A stretch of DNA of 55,383 nucleotides from Gemmatimonadota bacterium (GTDB lineage: Bacteria > Orphanbacterota > Orphanbacteria > Orphanbacterales > Orphanbacteraceae), in assembly GCA_020061515.1 (NCBI GenBank), contig JAGUYC010000050.1, positions 1 through 55,383 on the forward strand, read 5' to 3'. The translations under genes were made by a program, and so were the position numbers. Position 1 is the first letter of the stretch. Every line of letters starts with the position of its first letter. The notes below the pieces were generated by a model that saw only the letters and a program-made list of their open reading frames with translations, made no database searches and was not told where the DNA came from. Shown here piece by piece: positions 40,974-50,372 of the stretch.

Positions 40974-42209
40974 TCAGTCCATCCGGTCCGCCACGTGCAC
41001 GGTGAGGTCGGCGAGGCGGTTCGTGTAGCTCCCATATTCGTTGTCGTACCAGCCGAAGATCTTCGCGTGGGTCACGGGAATCCGGACGACCTTCTCCGGA
41101 AGCATTCGCAGGACCTCGGGCTTCATGCCGGGGAGGTTCTCCATGTCGATGTGCACGAAGCCGGTTCTCGTATGCGTCTCGAACCCTTCGATGACGACCG
41201 CTGCGTCCTCTCCGATCATGTCGGTCGAGACGTTCTGCTCCATCGAGAGCTTGAGCAGGCCCTTCTGCTGCTTCTCCGACGCGCGCCGGTAAAGATCGAG
41301 AAGCGCCTCGCGGTTGAAAGTCGGCTGTCCCTCCTCGTCCAATTCCGAGCGCAAGGTCACGTTCAAGATGATGAGCGAAGCAGTCGTCGTCGGGACCCGA
41401 ACCGAATCCGCCATGAAGCCGATCTCGCGCACGACCGGAATCACCTTCTCCAAAGCCGCGGCGGCGTTCGTCGAGGTCAGGATGATGTTGTTCAGGATGC
41501 TCCGGGTCTTTCTGAGGTCCTTCGCGTCCGCCATCGGCACGTTGTCGAGCACCGCCTGCGTGTTCGTCACGGCGTGGATCGTCGACATCGATGCGGTGAG
41601 GATCGTCCGAACCGAGTAGGCGTCGATCAGGGTCTTCATCATGTGGGCGAGCGCGGTTGTCGTGCAGGACGCCGCGGAAATCAGGTGGTGCTTCGCCGGA
41701 TCGTACGCCTCGTGGTTGACCCCGTAGATGAGAACCGCGGAGTCGTCCTTCATCGCCTCGCTCTTCTTCGTCTTGAAGTCGGCGCTGTTTAGGACCTTCT
41801 CCGCGCCGCCGGCGAAGTGCCCTCGCAGCGAACCCTTCTCGTCGTCCTCCGTGCGGTTCGGATCGTTGAACTTCCCCGTGCAGTCGACGACGACGCGCGC
41901 CTCGTTCTCCCGCCACGGAATGTTCGCGGGGTTTCTCTCCTTTCGGAGAATCGTGACCGGCGTATCGTTCACGCGAAGAAGGGACCTTTCCCGGTCCTCG
42001 ATCTTCACGCAAGGCTCCCCTTTCCGCCCATGAAGGAAGTAGTGGAGCGGTCCGTAGGTCGAGTCCTTCTCGATTGTGCGGCAGAAGCCCTCGAGGTCCT
42101 TCCCGACCTCGCGCCCCTGGTTCACGACGACCGCGTCGAAGTACTTCCGTCCCACGTGGTGCCACAACGTCAACTTGCCGATTCGACCGAGAGAGTTGAT
42201 CCCGAGCAC
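40974..42209 (-). CDS. Divergent glyceraldehyde-3-phosphate dehydrogenase-family protein (second paralog)
   Basis: In-frame GTG 42209 preceded by GAGGAAGAAAG gives (M)LGINSLGRIGKL, the [10 protein letters not shown]-type NAD site. Active-site region SAASCTTTALAHMMK, plus STIHAVTNTQAVLD and FGWYDNEYGSYTNRL. About 80 aa longer than the canonical Gap at 53083..54084. The listed N-terminal 78 aa are low-complexity. Confidence 0.75.
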   Translation of the reverse strand: MLGINSLGRIGKLTLWHHVGRKYFDAVVVNQGREVGKDLEGFCRTIEKDSTYGPLHYFLHGRKGEPCVKIEDRERSLLRVNDTPVTILRKERNPANIPWRENEARVVVDCTGKFNDPNRTEDDEKGSLRGHFAGGAEKVLNSADFKTKKSEAMKDDSAVLIYGVNHEAYDPAKHHLISAASCTTTALAHMMKTLIDAYSVRTILTASMSTIHAVTNTQAVLDNVPMADAKDLRKTRSILNNIILTSTNAAAALEKVIPVVREIGFMADSVRVPTTTASLIILNVTLRSELDEEGQPTFNREALLDLYRRASEKQQKGLLKLSMEQNVSTDMIGEDAAVVIEGFETHTRTGFVHIDMENLPGMKPEVLRMLPEKVVRIPVTHAKIFGWYDNEYGSYTNRLADLTVHVADRMD

Positions 42210-42279
42210 CTTTCTTCCTCGCAACGAACGCCTCCCTTCCGCGCGGGCGGACGCCGGGCCGTCTCTCGTCCCGCCGCCG

Positions 42280-45200
42280 TCAGATCTCCGTGATCCTTCG
42301 GGTTTGCTTGACGTCGTGCCGGCCGGCGTACACCGAACCGTCGAATCCGTTGATGCTGATAAAATCTCCGCTTCGAATTTCCTTGTCTCCGGTGGTCGTC
42401 TTCCCCGCTCTCTCGTCGACGTGGAGAGTGCGGCATCCGACAACGCAGGTGCGCCCGATCCGCTGGGCAGCGACCGCCGCGTGGCTCGTAGCGCCTCCGC
42501 GCGACGTGAGAAGGCCGTCCGCGAGGAAGATCATGTGCATGTCCTCGGGCACCGTGTTCGGACGAATCAGGATGATCTTGCTGTCCGGATGCCGCTTCCA
42601 GAGCTCGTTGATGTCCTTCTCGCTGTGAGCAACGCGCCCCGAGAGCGCCCCGCCGCCGACGCCGATCCCCTGCGTGAGATAGCTCTTCTCCAGCTCCGGC
42701 GTCGGGATGAAGGTGGTGACCATGCTCGATTCGGCGGTGATGATGTCGCGCGCCTGGAGAATGTAGAGCGAGGACGCGTCGCGATCCTCGAACGTGAACT
42801 CGATCTCTTGATGGTTGAACCCTCGGACGAGCACCAGATCCTCGGAGATCCGCTGCAGCTCGCCGCAGATCTCCGGAAAGCGCGACTCGAGGGAGAGCGG
42901 CGCTCTCTGGCCTGCCATCTTCCGCTGTTCCTCGGAGATCGGAAAGGTCTCGACGACCCCGCGGACAACGTCCTCCCCCTGGCTCCGGAAGACGAAGTCC
43001 CCGTAGAGCGAGACGCCGCCGCTCTTCTTTCTCGGGTTCCGCGTGAAGAGGACGCCGGTTCCCGAGCGGTCGTCCAGGTTGCCGTAGACCATCGATTGGA
43101 CGAGCACCGCCGTCCCCCAATCGTCCGCGATCTTCATCTCCTTGCGGTAGAGCTTGGCCCGATCCGCGTCCCACGATTGGATCACGCGCTGGATGCAGTG
43201 GCGGAGCTGAAGGAGAGGGTCCTCCACGATCCGCACGCCGTGGTCGAAGATCGCCTGTCGGCACGCGAGAGCCACGGTTCGGATCTGGCTCTCGGTGAAC
43301 GACGCCTTCTTCTCCACCGAGAAACGCTGTTTGTGCTCCTCGAAGAGACGATCGAACACCTCCTGAGGCACTCCGTAGGAGAGCCCCCAAAGCTGAAGGA
43401 AGCGCCGGTAGCTGTCCCACGCCGCCCAAGCGAAACGTGGTTTGCGGGCGAGTCCCTCGGCGATCTCCTCATTCATGCCGACGTTGAGGAACGTGTCGAG
43501 GATGCCCGGCATGGAGATCGCGGAACCGCTTCGCACTGAGAGAAGCAACGGATTGGACGGATCTCCGAATCGCCTGCCCGTCTCCCGCTCGACGCCCCGC
43601 AGATGCCGCTCCATGATCGCGAGGCTGTGCCTCCTGAGGTCGCGAAACGCGACGAGCATTTCCCATGTTCGGTAGACCTCGGTCGTGACGACGAACCCGG
43701 CGGGAACCGGATAGTCGAACCCCGCCATCCTCCTCAGGAACGACGCCTTCTGCCCGCAGAGAATCGAATCCGGTTGCATGTCGTTCCGCGAGAAGAGAGG
43801 CATGTAGCACTTGTCGACGTCGTAGCTCATCAACAGGTTGCGAAGCGGCTTGCTAAAGGTCTCGGCCTCGTAAGCGAGGGTCGACAGAATGCGGGCGATC
43901 AGGTTGTCGAGCGCCTGAAGCGCGAAGCACGAGCTCATCTGGTCGCGGAGGAAGGCCTCGAGCTTGATGTGCGTCCGTTCGCGGTCCGGCCTCGATTCCG
44001 GCGATCGGGGGAGGTAGTGCGGCACGATTCGCTCCGCATCGGTTTCGTAGACCGACACGATCGCCTCCCGAACGATCTCGCGGAGCGTTCGGGAGACGAA
44101 CTGGAAAATATTGATGTATTGATCGATCGTGAGGCTTCCGAGCCTGAGCCCGCTCTCGAGCATGTCGATCCGCGCGCCGAGCCCACGCCCGGAAATCCCG
44201 TCCACCCAGAGCGCCCTCTGAAAGAGAACGAGCCATTTCGTGATCCTACGAAGCCCTCTCGCGGTCAGGTATTGCAGGTTCTCCGCCTCGGCCAGTTCCT
44301 CGAAGAGGACCGTCGCGAGACTCTCGATCCGATACGAAAGCCCGAGCGCCTCGAGCTTGCGGTTGAGGAACCTCCCGTACATGGACGGGATGCCCGCCGC
44401 GATGTGTCTCTTGTGGTAGATGTCCTCGCGCGACTCGGCGGGCGTCGGATCGAGGAGGATCTTCTTCAGCCCCTCGAGAATCTCGACGAGCGTTTCGAGC
44501 GCGGGAAGATGCTGCCCCGCGTTCAGGCTCTCCTCGAGCGCCTCAACCTCCCTCGGATCGACGAGCGACGCCGCCTTCAAGGCGTCGAGAACTCCCCGAG
44601 GGCCGATCCGATACTTCTGGTCGAGAAGCTGGTAGAGGCGAATCGTGAGCGCCGCCTTCTCCCGCGTCTCTTCCGGGATCTCGCCGCACGCCGCGACGAT
44701 CCGACCCGTCTCCTCCTCGCTCTTCAACAGGAGAGACTCGGGGAAACCCTCCTCCTGTCCCGCGAGGGGGACGAACACGCGGGCCATCTCCTCGCGCGCT
44801 TCCGTCTCTTCGAGGACGTGCCCGAAGATCTCGGCGGGGAGATACGCTTTCAGGAGCTCCGCCTCGCCGGTCGCCCAGTAGCGGAGCAGCGCCTCGCTGA
44901 AGCCGATGAGGCGATACGAGCTCTCCACATGGCACTGCTTGCGAAGGAAGTGCACGACCGAATCCCGGCGGCGCCCGATCTCGTCCGCGCGGGTGGAGAC
45001 GCTTCGAAGCTGCCCCTCCGCGCCGATCTCGACGAAGTAGATGGGGAAGAGCCGGCCGAGCTGCTTCACGAGGTTGAACACCGGACGGATGTCGGCGTTG
45101 AGAAGATCGGCCATATCCTTCTGGAACAGATCGGTGTCGCTGATGAAGATCCCGCCGAGCCGAAGGTGGAAGATGAGACCGGCGAGAAGACGTTTCATGC

Positions 45201-46473
45201 GCAAAGGATCGAGCGCGATCAGATCGACCCACATGCGGATGTTCTTCACGTGCGCGGGGTTCGTCTCGAACTGCCAGAGCTCGTTCACCCCGCGGATCTC
45301 GGGCGTCTCGAACCCGTGGTCGAGAATTCGGTCGATCACCTTCTGGATGAGCCGGTCGTCCTTGGATCGGAGGACCTCTTTCGCCACCGTGTGCATGCAG
45401 TCGAGGACGGTCGTGTCGTGCTGCAGCCAACCGCGTCCGAAGCTGTCGAACACGGCGTCGATGAAGCGGTCCGCGTGCGGCCGTTCCTCGAGGCGGAGCG
45501 CGCGCGACAAAGCCCGGTTCACCGAGCGGAGGGCCGGCTCCCGAACCTGTCGCAACAGAGGCGAATCGAGGATCTTGAGGAGAAAGAGAACCTTCCCCGT
45601 GTAGCCCTCCCATCCCTCGTGCGCCCGTTCGACCTCCTCCGCCGCCTGAAGATAGAGGCTCTCGATCCCCGTCTGATCCGGGAGGTCCTCGGCGTCCTCG
45701 ACGAACGCCTCCTCCCGGGGGCGGGCGACGAGCCGAGCGGCGGATGCCCGGAGGCTCTCGTGCGAGAGTCTTCGGAGAGAGGGAAGATCCGCGAGGGCGT
45801 TTCCATCGACCCATGCGATCGGATCAGGCCGAGCGAGCCACATCCGATACGTCTCGCCGAGCGCCTTCTCCGTCGCGGAGAGGACGAGGCCACGATCGAG
45901 GCCGGGGTCGTGCTCGAGCGCGCTCCGCGCAGCTCGCCGGGCCGCGCCGGAGAGACGAGCCGCGTCGTCCGGATTCTTCTCGAACACCCCTTCGAGCCTG
46001 CGGAACGCCTCTTCCAGCACGGGACGGTTCCGCTCGCGCTGCGGCCCCGACTCCTCGAACACCTTCTCGAGATAGCGGAGAAGCGAGCGGAGGGCGTCGA
46101 CGCGAAGATCCGCCGACGCGGTCTTCTCGGCGGCCGCGAAGAAGATCCCGACGATCACGCGGATCGCCTCGTGTCCCTTCTCGTAGGAATTGTGGTAGTA
46201 GAAGCTGCCGGTCGCATAAGGACCGAGCTCGCCGATCACGTGCGGCCAGTTCACATAGGGATGGTTGACCTCTTCAAGAAGAGTCCGGGTCTTCTCGTGG
46301 ACGCCGACCGACCCGCGGGTCGCATCGAGAAGGGCTCCTTGCTCCGTCGGGATCTCCACCTTGGTGGAGGTCCGCTGGAGGTTGATCTCGAGAGCGCTGG
46401 GACCGTTCTTTCGGGATTCCATATCGGGTTGATTCGGTTCGAGTTCCGCCTTCGCGCCCAAAGATAGCACCAA
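42280..46473 (-). CDS. Large PPDK-like dikinase: ~880-aa helical N-terminal region + ATP-grasp nucleotide-binding domain + phosphohistidine swivel domain, no PEP/pyruvate TIM barrel
   Basis: TTG 46473 lies 8 nt after GGAGG. The C-terminal ~520 aa are collinear with the PPDK N-terminal half: YPVPAGFVVTTEVY, LLLSVRSGSAISMPGILDTFLNVGMN, GTAVLVQSMVYGN, GVLFTRNP, GEDVVRGV, and the catalytic-His motif GGATSHAAVAAQRIG. The protein ends ~60 aa after this His. Confidence 0.8.
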   Translation of the reverse strand: MVLSLGAKAELEPNQPDMESRKNGPSALEINLQRTSTKVEIPTEQGALLDATRGSVGVHEKTRTLLEEVNHPYVNWPHVIGELGPYATGSFYYHNSYEKGHEAIRVIVGIFFAAAEKTASADLRVDALRSLLRYLEKVFEESGPQRERNRPVLEEAFRRLEGVFEKNPDDAARLSGAARRAARSALEHDPGLDRGLVLSATEKALGETYRMWLARPDPIAWVDGNALADLPSLRRLSHESLRASAARLVARPREEAFVEDAEDLPDQTGIESLYLQAAEEVERAHEGWEGYTGKVLFLLKILDSPLLRQVREPALRSVNRALSRALRLEERPHADRFIDAVFDSFGRGWLQHDTTVLDCMHTVAKEVLRSKDDRLIQKVIDRILDHGFETPEIRGVNELWQFETNPAHVKNIRMWVDLIALDPLRMKRLLAGLIFHLRLGGIFISDTDLFQKDMADLLNADIRPVFNLVKQLGRLFPIYFVEIGAEGQLRSVSTRADEIGRRRDSVVHFLRKQCHVESSYRLIGFSEALLRYWATGEAELLKAYLPAEIFGHVLEETEAREEMARVFVPLAGQEEGFPESLLLKSEEETGRIVAACGEIPEETREKAALTIRLYQLLDQKYRIGPRGVLDALKAASLVDPREVEALEESLNAGQHLPALETLVEILEGLKKILLDPTPAESREDIYHKRHIAAGIPSMYGRFLNRKLEALGLSYRIESLATVLFEELAEAENLQYLTARGLRRITKWLVLFQRALWVDGISGRGLGARIDMLESGLRLGSLTIDQYINIFQFVSRTLREIVREAIVSVYETDAERIVPHYLPRSPESRPDRERTHIKLEAFLRDQMSSCFALQALDNLIARILSTLAYEAETFSKPLRNLLMSYDVDKCYMPLFSRNDMQPDSILCGQKASFLRRMAGFDYPVPAGFVVTTEVYRTWEMLVAFRDLRRHSLAIMERHLRGVERETGRRFGDPSNPLLLSVRSGSAISMPGILDTFLNVGMNEEIAEGLARKPRFAWAAWDSYRRFLQLWGLSYGVPQEVFDRLFEEHKQRFSVEKKASFTESQIRTVALACRQAIFDHGVRIVEDPLLQLRHCIQRVIQSWDADRAKLYRKEMKIADDWGTAVLVQSMVYGNLDDRSGTGVLFTRNPRKKSGGVSLYGDFVFRSQGEDVVRGVVETFPISEEQRKMAGQRAPLSLESRFPEICGELQRISEDLVLVRGFNHQEIEFTFEDRDASSLYILQARDIITAESSMVTTFIPTPELEKSYLTQGIGVGGGALSGRVAHSEKDINELWKRHPDSKIILIRPNTVPEDMHMIFLADGLLTSRGGATSHAAVAAQRIGRTCVVGCRTLHVDERAGKTTTGDKEIRSGDFISINGFDGSVYAGRHDVKQTRRITEI

Positions 46474-46599
46474 GGAGAACGCCTCCGCAAGGCGAGTCTC
46501 CCTCCCTCGAAGGATCGACCCTTCTCCCCCGAACGTAAGGGTCCCGGACCTCGCCGGTCCGGGACCCCGCGTCGGATCGTATTCGCTGTCGAGCCGATT

Positions 46600-48243
46600 C
46601 TAACGGACGAGAAGCGCGCGCGCCGTCTCGCTCCGCCCACCGGATGTCGCTCGCACGAGGTACAGACCGCTTGCCGCGGCAGCGCCGTCGTCGCTCCTGC
46701 CGTCCCACGGGACTTCCGTCCATCCCGCGCTCGAGGAGCGCCCCTCGAGAACGCGCGCGAGGCGGCCGGCCACATCGAAGATCTCCACCACGTAAGGCCC
46801 CGCCTTGGAGGCGAAGAACTTCACCGTCGTGGTCGGGTTGAACGGGTTCGGCGCAACCGACAGGTCGAGCGACGAGGGAACCGGAACCCGATCCTCCGCG
46901 AGCGCCACGTCGGTGCTCGTCGAGCGGATGAGGGTCATCTTGTACCGCTGGATCAGGCTCCCCGATCCCGCCTTCCGGAAGACCTTGATCATGTAGTCGT
47001 CTTCCGCGGGGAGCGGGAAGTCGGTGAGAACCTCGGTCCCCCCTTTGCCCACCGCGTACACGCTGTCGAGGAGGACCGTCCCGGTTCCGTCATAGAGGCA
47101 GAAGTCCAGATCCAGGATCGAGTCGGTGGCGATCCAGCTCTCGCTTCCACCCTGGTTCCCGAGGAAGTAGCTTGCGCCGATCGGGTCGACCCAGACCGTC
47201 AGGGCGCCGCTCGAGCTGAAGAGGAACCAGTCGACGTCGGTGTTGCGGTCGATCGAGAGCGTGTCGACGACCAGCGTGTCCACAAGCGCACCGAGGGCGT
47301 TTGCCGTCGCGGGCGTATCGTCGTTCTCCCACTTATCGCCGTAGAGCCTCTGTCCGCCGCGGATGTCATCGTCTTGCGGTCCGATGAAGATCGCTCCGCA
47401 GGCGTACGCCTCCATCAGCTTCGTGCAGTTCTCCGGAATCACGTGCCCGAGCCCCATCCCGTGGCCGTGCTCGTGCATCACGACGTTTCTCAAGTTGGCG
47501 AAGTTCCCGGTCGGGACGTAGTAATAGTACACGTCGTCCGTGTCGAGGACCATGTCCCCGCCGTTCGGGTAGTAGTTGTACGCGAGAACGTTCCCCGAAC
47601 CGTCGATCGACCGGCCGGAGAGCCGAACATCGCCGCGGAGGCCGAGCGCGCCGGGCGAGCTCGGGAGAGGAGCGCCGTCGTCCGAAACCTCGATGTAGGT
47701 CGTGCCGAGCACGTCGTCCCATTTATCGAAGGCGTTGCGGATCTTCGTCTGCCAGCCCGTGCTCCCCCAGACCGCGTTGAAGACCGCGAAGAGGTTGCTC
47801 GGACCACCGTCCGCGTTCGTTCCGTCCGGAACGAAGCTCCAGGTCAGCGTGATCGGGTTCCCCTCGGTTCCCGTGCTCCCGTCGGTCACGGTGTAGGACC
47901 AGCGACCCTGGCCGTTGTAGGTCTCCTTTCCCATGCCGAGAGAAGGAACGTAGGTCGGCAGGTTGCGGAGGATCTCCTCGGCCGTCTCCGGGTCGGTATC
48001 GGGATGCAAGCAGAGCGCGACCCCTGGGCCCTCGATGCACTGGAGACCGTTCACGATCTGGTTCACCCCGAGGATCGTCGCTTCCTTAACGATCTGATCG
48101 AACGGGTCGTGCGAGTTCCAGAGATCGGCGAACTCCGGAGACGGAGCCGCCTGGTCGCCCGGAAGCAGCAGGAGGATGGGAACCACGAGGAGGGCGGCCG
48201 CTCCGAGGAACAGGCCGGTCCGGCGTTTGCTGACGAGCTTCAT
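46600..48243 (-). CDS. Secreted metzincin (matrixin/serralysin-like) metalloprotease with PPC-like and T9SS-type C-terminal domains
   Basis: AAGGAGAAAGAGG upstream of the ATG and an N-terminal signal anchor. Zinc site HEHGHGMGLGH (HExxHxxGxxH). CTD LSVAPNPFNPTTTVKF…VEIFDVAGRLARVL…SGLYLVRA. Confidence 0.85.
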   Translation of the reverse strand: MKLVSKRRTGLFLGAAALLVVPILLLLPGDQAAPSPEFADLWNSHDPFDQIVKEATILGVNQIVNGLQCIEGPGVALCLHPDTDPETAEEILRNLPTYVPSLGMGKETYNGQGRWSYTVTDGSTGTEGNPITLTWSFVPDGTNADGGPSNLFAVFNAVWGSTGWQTKIRNAFDKWDDVLGTTYIEVSDDGAPLPSSPGALGLRGDVRLSGRSIDGSGNVLAYNYYPNGGDMVLDTDDVYYYYVPTGNFANLRNVVMHEHGHGMGLGHVIPENCTKLMEAYACGAIFIGPQDDDIRGGQRLYGDKWENDDTPATANALGALVDTLVVDTLSIDRNTDVDWFLFSSSGALTVWVDPIGASYFLGNQGGSESWIATDSILDLDFCLYDGTGTVLLDSVYAVGKGGTEVLTDFPLPAEDDYMIKVFRKAGSGSLIQRYKMTLIRSTSTDVALAEDRVPVPSSLDLSVAPNPFNPTTTVKFFASKAGPYVVEIFDVAGRLARVLEGRSSSAGWTEVPWDGRSDDGAAAASGLYLVRATSGGRSETARALLVR

Positions 48244-48329
48244 GCCTCTTTCTCCTTGAGGGAGCCGACGGTCCGATTGTCGGGAACGGGAGACCTACCA
48301 ACCACACGGAACAATCCGTAACGTAAATG

Positions 48330-48358
48330 ATTATACACGCTCACGGGGGGCTTGTCCA
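48330..48358 (-). promoter_or_regulatory. Candidate sigma-70-type promoter of the metzincin gene
   Basis: The minus strand reads TGGACA (48358-48353), a 17-nt spacer, then a perfect TATAAT (48335-48330), ~85 nt upstream of ATG 48243 in a locally AT-richer patch. Confidence 0.45.
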
Positions 48359-48426
48359 CAGCGGAATCGCGGCCTGGAGGCTGCCCGGAGACCTTCCCCG
48401 GGGGCTCCGGCCGCTCGGGGGCCGTC

Positions 48427-49881
48427 CTACCCGAGCCCGGTCTCCCGGTTGAACGCCTCGATCGCCCGGTCCCAGGCATCGGCGGAGGCGTAGACCGCGC
48501 TCCAGAAGTCCGGGTCCCAGAGGCGCCGGAGATCCTCGGCGGTCTTCCCCTGCTGCTCCACCCACGTGAAGTACTTGAGGTTGTGGATGCGCTTCCGGTC
48601 GTGGTAACCGAGCTCCCGCAGGTGATCGACGCCGATCCCTTGGAGATCCCTCGCGTAGATCCGCGCCGCCTCGTCCGTTCCGAGGTCGCCCCGCTTCTCG
48701 CGCATCTCTTGAAGCCTCGAACGATAAAGCTCCGAAGAATCGGTGAGAGGGATCACGAGGACGTCCCCTTCGTCCATCTCGTAGTACGAGGCGGTCTTGA
48801 TCGCGGCGACGAGGTTGCAGATGCACGAGATCCCGAGGAGCGGAAGCGCGCGCACCGAATCCTCGAAGACTCCTTCGCGGATCAAGAACTTCGCGCCCTC
48901 CGGCTCGTTGAAGAGACGAAGAAGCGCGAGGCACGCCGCGTCGTCGATCGCGCACACGAGGTCGGTGTTCCGCACGTTGTGGATCCACGGAACGTGCTTG
49001 TCGCCGATCCCCTCGATGCCGTGCTCGCCGAACCCGTTCTCGAGAAGGGTGGGGCACTGGAGCGCCTCGGCGGCGACGATGCGGATGTCTGGAAAGCGCG
49101 TGCGAAGATAATCCCCCGCGGCGATCGTTCCGGCGGAGCCGGTCGCGCTGACGAACGCCGCAAGACGCGCGCGCGCGCCGCCGACGCGATGGAACACCTC
49201 CTCGGCGAACGGCCCGGTCTGGTGGTAATGCCAGATCGAGTTCCCGAACTCGTCGAACTGGTTGAAGATCACGCAGTCGGGCCTCGTCGCGCGGATCTCC
49301 TTGCACTTGTCGAAGATCTCCTTGACGTTCGACTCGGACCCCGGGGTCGCGATCACCTCGGCTCCGATCGAGCGAAGCCAATCGAAACGCTCGCGGCTCA
49401 TCCCCTCGGGAAGAATCGCGACCGCGTCGCACGCGAGGAGCGCGCAATCGAACGCCCCTCCGCGGCAGTAGTTCCCGGTCGACGGCCAGACCGCCTTCTG
49501 CTTCGTCGGATCGAAGGAGCCGTTCACGAGGCGAGGGACGAGGCATCCGAAACCGGCGCCGACCTTGTGCGAGCCGGTCGGGAACCAGCGCCCGACGAGA
49601 CCGACGATGCGCGCCCGAACCCCGGTGAGCGTCGCCGGAAACTCGATCCAGTTCCCCTCCCCGAAAAGCCCCGTCTTCGGATCGTTCTTCCACGTGATGC
49701 GATAGAGGTTCGCCGGATCGACGTCGTCGAGGCCGACGCCGGGAAGCCTCGCGCGCACCGAGGCCGGGATTCTCTCCGGATTCCGCATCTCGGCGAGGGT
49801 CGGGATGCGGATTCCCCTCTCGCGGCATCTCCGCACCGTGTTCTTGCGAACCGCTTCGTCGATCGGGCCGATGATGTCCAT
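48427..49881 (-). CDS. PLP-dependent fold-type-II enzyme (cysteine synthase/CBS-like family) with N- and C-terminal extensions
   Basis: Internal ATG 49881 (GGAGAGGGAG upstream) gives MDIIGPIDEAV… Candidate PLP-Lys region FPTGSHKVGAGF and glycine loop SATGSAGTIAAG. The listed longer ORF runs through repeat copy C up to the 3-prime edge of the tRNA gene. Confidence 0.75.
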   Translation of the reverse strand: MDIIGPIDEAVRKNTVRRCRERGIRIPTLAEMRNPERIPASVRARLPGVGLDDVDPANLYRITWKNDPKTGLFGEGNWIEFPATLTGVRARIVGLVGRWFPTGSHKVGAGFGCLVPRLVNGSFDPTKQKAVWPSTGNYCRGGAFDCALLACDAVAILPEGMSRERFDWLRSIGAEVIATPGSESNVKEIFDKCKEIRATRPDCVIFNQFDEFGNSIWHYHQTGPFAEEVFHRVGGARARLAAFVSATGSAGTIAAGDYLRTRFPDIRIVAAEALQCPTLLENGFGEHGIEGIGDKHVPWIHNVRNTDLVCAIDDAACLALLRLFNEPEGAKFLIREGVFEDSVRALPLLGISCICNLVAAIKTASYYEMDEGDVLVIPLTDSSELYRSRLQEMREKRGDLGTDEAARIYARDLQGIGVDHLRELGYHDRKRIHNLKYFTWVEQQGKTAEDLRRLWDPDFWSAVYASADAWDRAIEAFNRETGLG

Positions 49882-50020
49882 GAATGCTCCCTCTCCACCG
49901 AACCGAAACAGCGACAACGAAACGAGAATAGACGGACATCCGCGGGAAGAGAAGAGCGAAGAAGGCAGCGCGCCGGCGAAGAGGAAATCCGTCGCGAGGC
50001 CTTGCGGAGCGCGTGAGAAA

Positions 50021-50200
50021 GGGTCGAGGATCGCGCGAGGTTCCGTCGCGAGGCCCAGGGGAGCGAGGCGAGAGGCCGGTCTGGACGAGCGGCTTTCCGG
50101 AATCGTAGCCCGAGCTACGATGAGGAAAGCCGCGAAGGAAGACCGGTCTCGCGGCCCGCGATCCCGGGCCGCAGCAGGAACCTCGCGCGATCCTCGACCC
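50021..50200. repeat. Palindromic intergenic repeat element, copy C (180 bp, perfect 24-bp terminal inverted repeats)
   Basis: GGGTCGAGGATCGCGCGAGGTTCC (50021-50044) is the exact reverse complement of 50177-50200. Nearly the whole element is self-complementary (for example GCGGCTTTCC/GGAAAGCCGC and ATCGTAGC/GCTACGAT around the central CCGA). It shares the core with copies A and B. A ~35-bp partial extra 5-prime fragment lies at 49986-50019. The element ends 3 nt from the tRNA 3-prime end. Confidence 0.8.
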
Positions 50201-50203
50201 AAG

Positions 50204-50289
50204 TGGTGCCGGGGGCGGGATTCGAACCCGCACAGGCGTCGCCCACTGCCCCCTCAAGACAGCGTGTCTACCAATTCCACCACCCCGGC
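50204..50289 (-). tRNA. tRNA-Leu (anticodon GAG), class II with long variable arm, CCA encoded
   Basis: Minus strand: GCCGGGGTGGTGGAATTGGTAGACACGCTGTCTTGAGGGGGCAGTGGGCGACGCCTGTGCGGGTTCGAATCCCGCCCCCGGCACCA. 7-bp acceptor stem GCCGGGG/CCCCGGC, anticodon stem CUGUC/GGCAG with loop UUGAGGG, T-arm GCGGG-TTCGAAT-CCCGC. D-loop AATTGGTAG is typical of tRNA-Leu. Confidence 0.9.
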
Positions 50290-50372
50290 ACGAAAACGCA
50301 TGGGGTCGAGACAGATGCTAACCGCAAGGCCTTTGGAAGTCAACGCCCTCTCCGAGCGGCCCATCCGGCCTA

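Noticed and set aside
43603-46467. 954-aa plus-strand ORF
   Set aside because: Antisense to the PPDK-like dikinase gene, with the same GC-shadow composition.
48341-50257. 638-aa minus-strand ORF (and the N-terminal part of 48427..50202) running through 49882-50257
   Set aside because: It would read through palindromic repeat copy C and part of the tRNA-Leu gene. The real PLP-enzyme start with an SD is the internal ATG at 49881.
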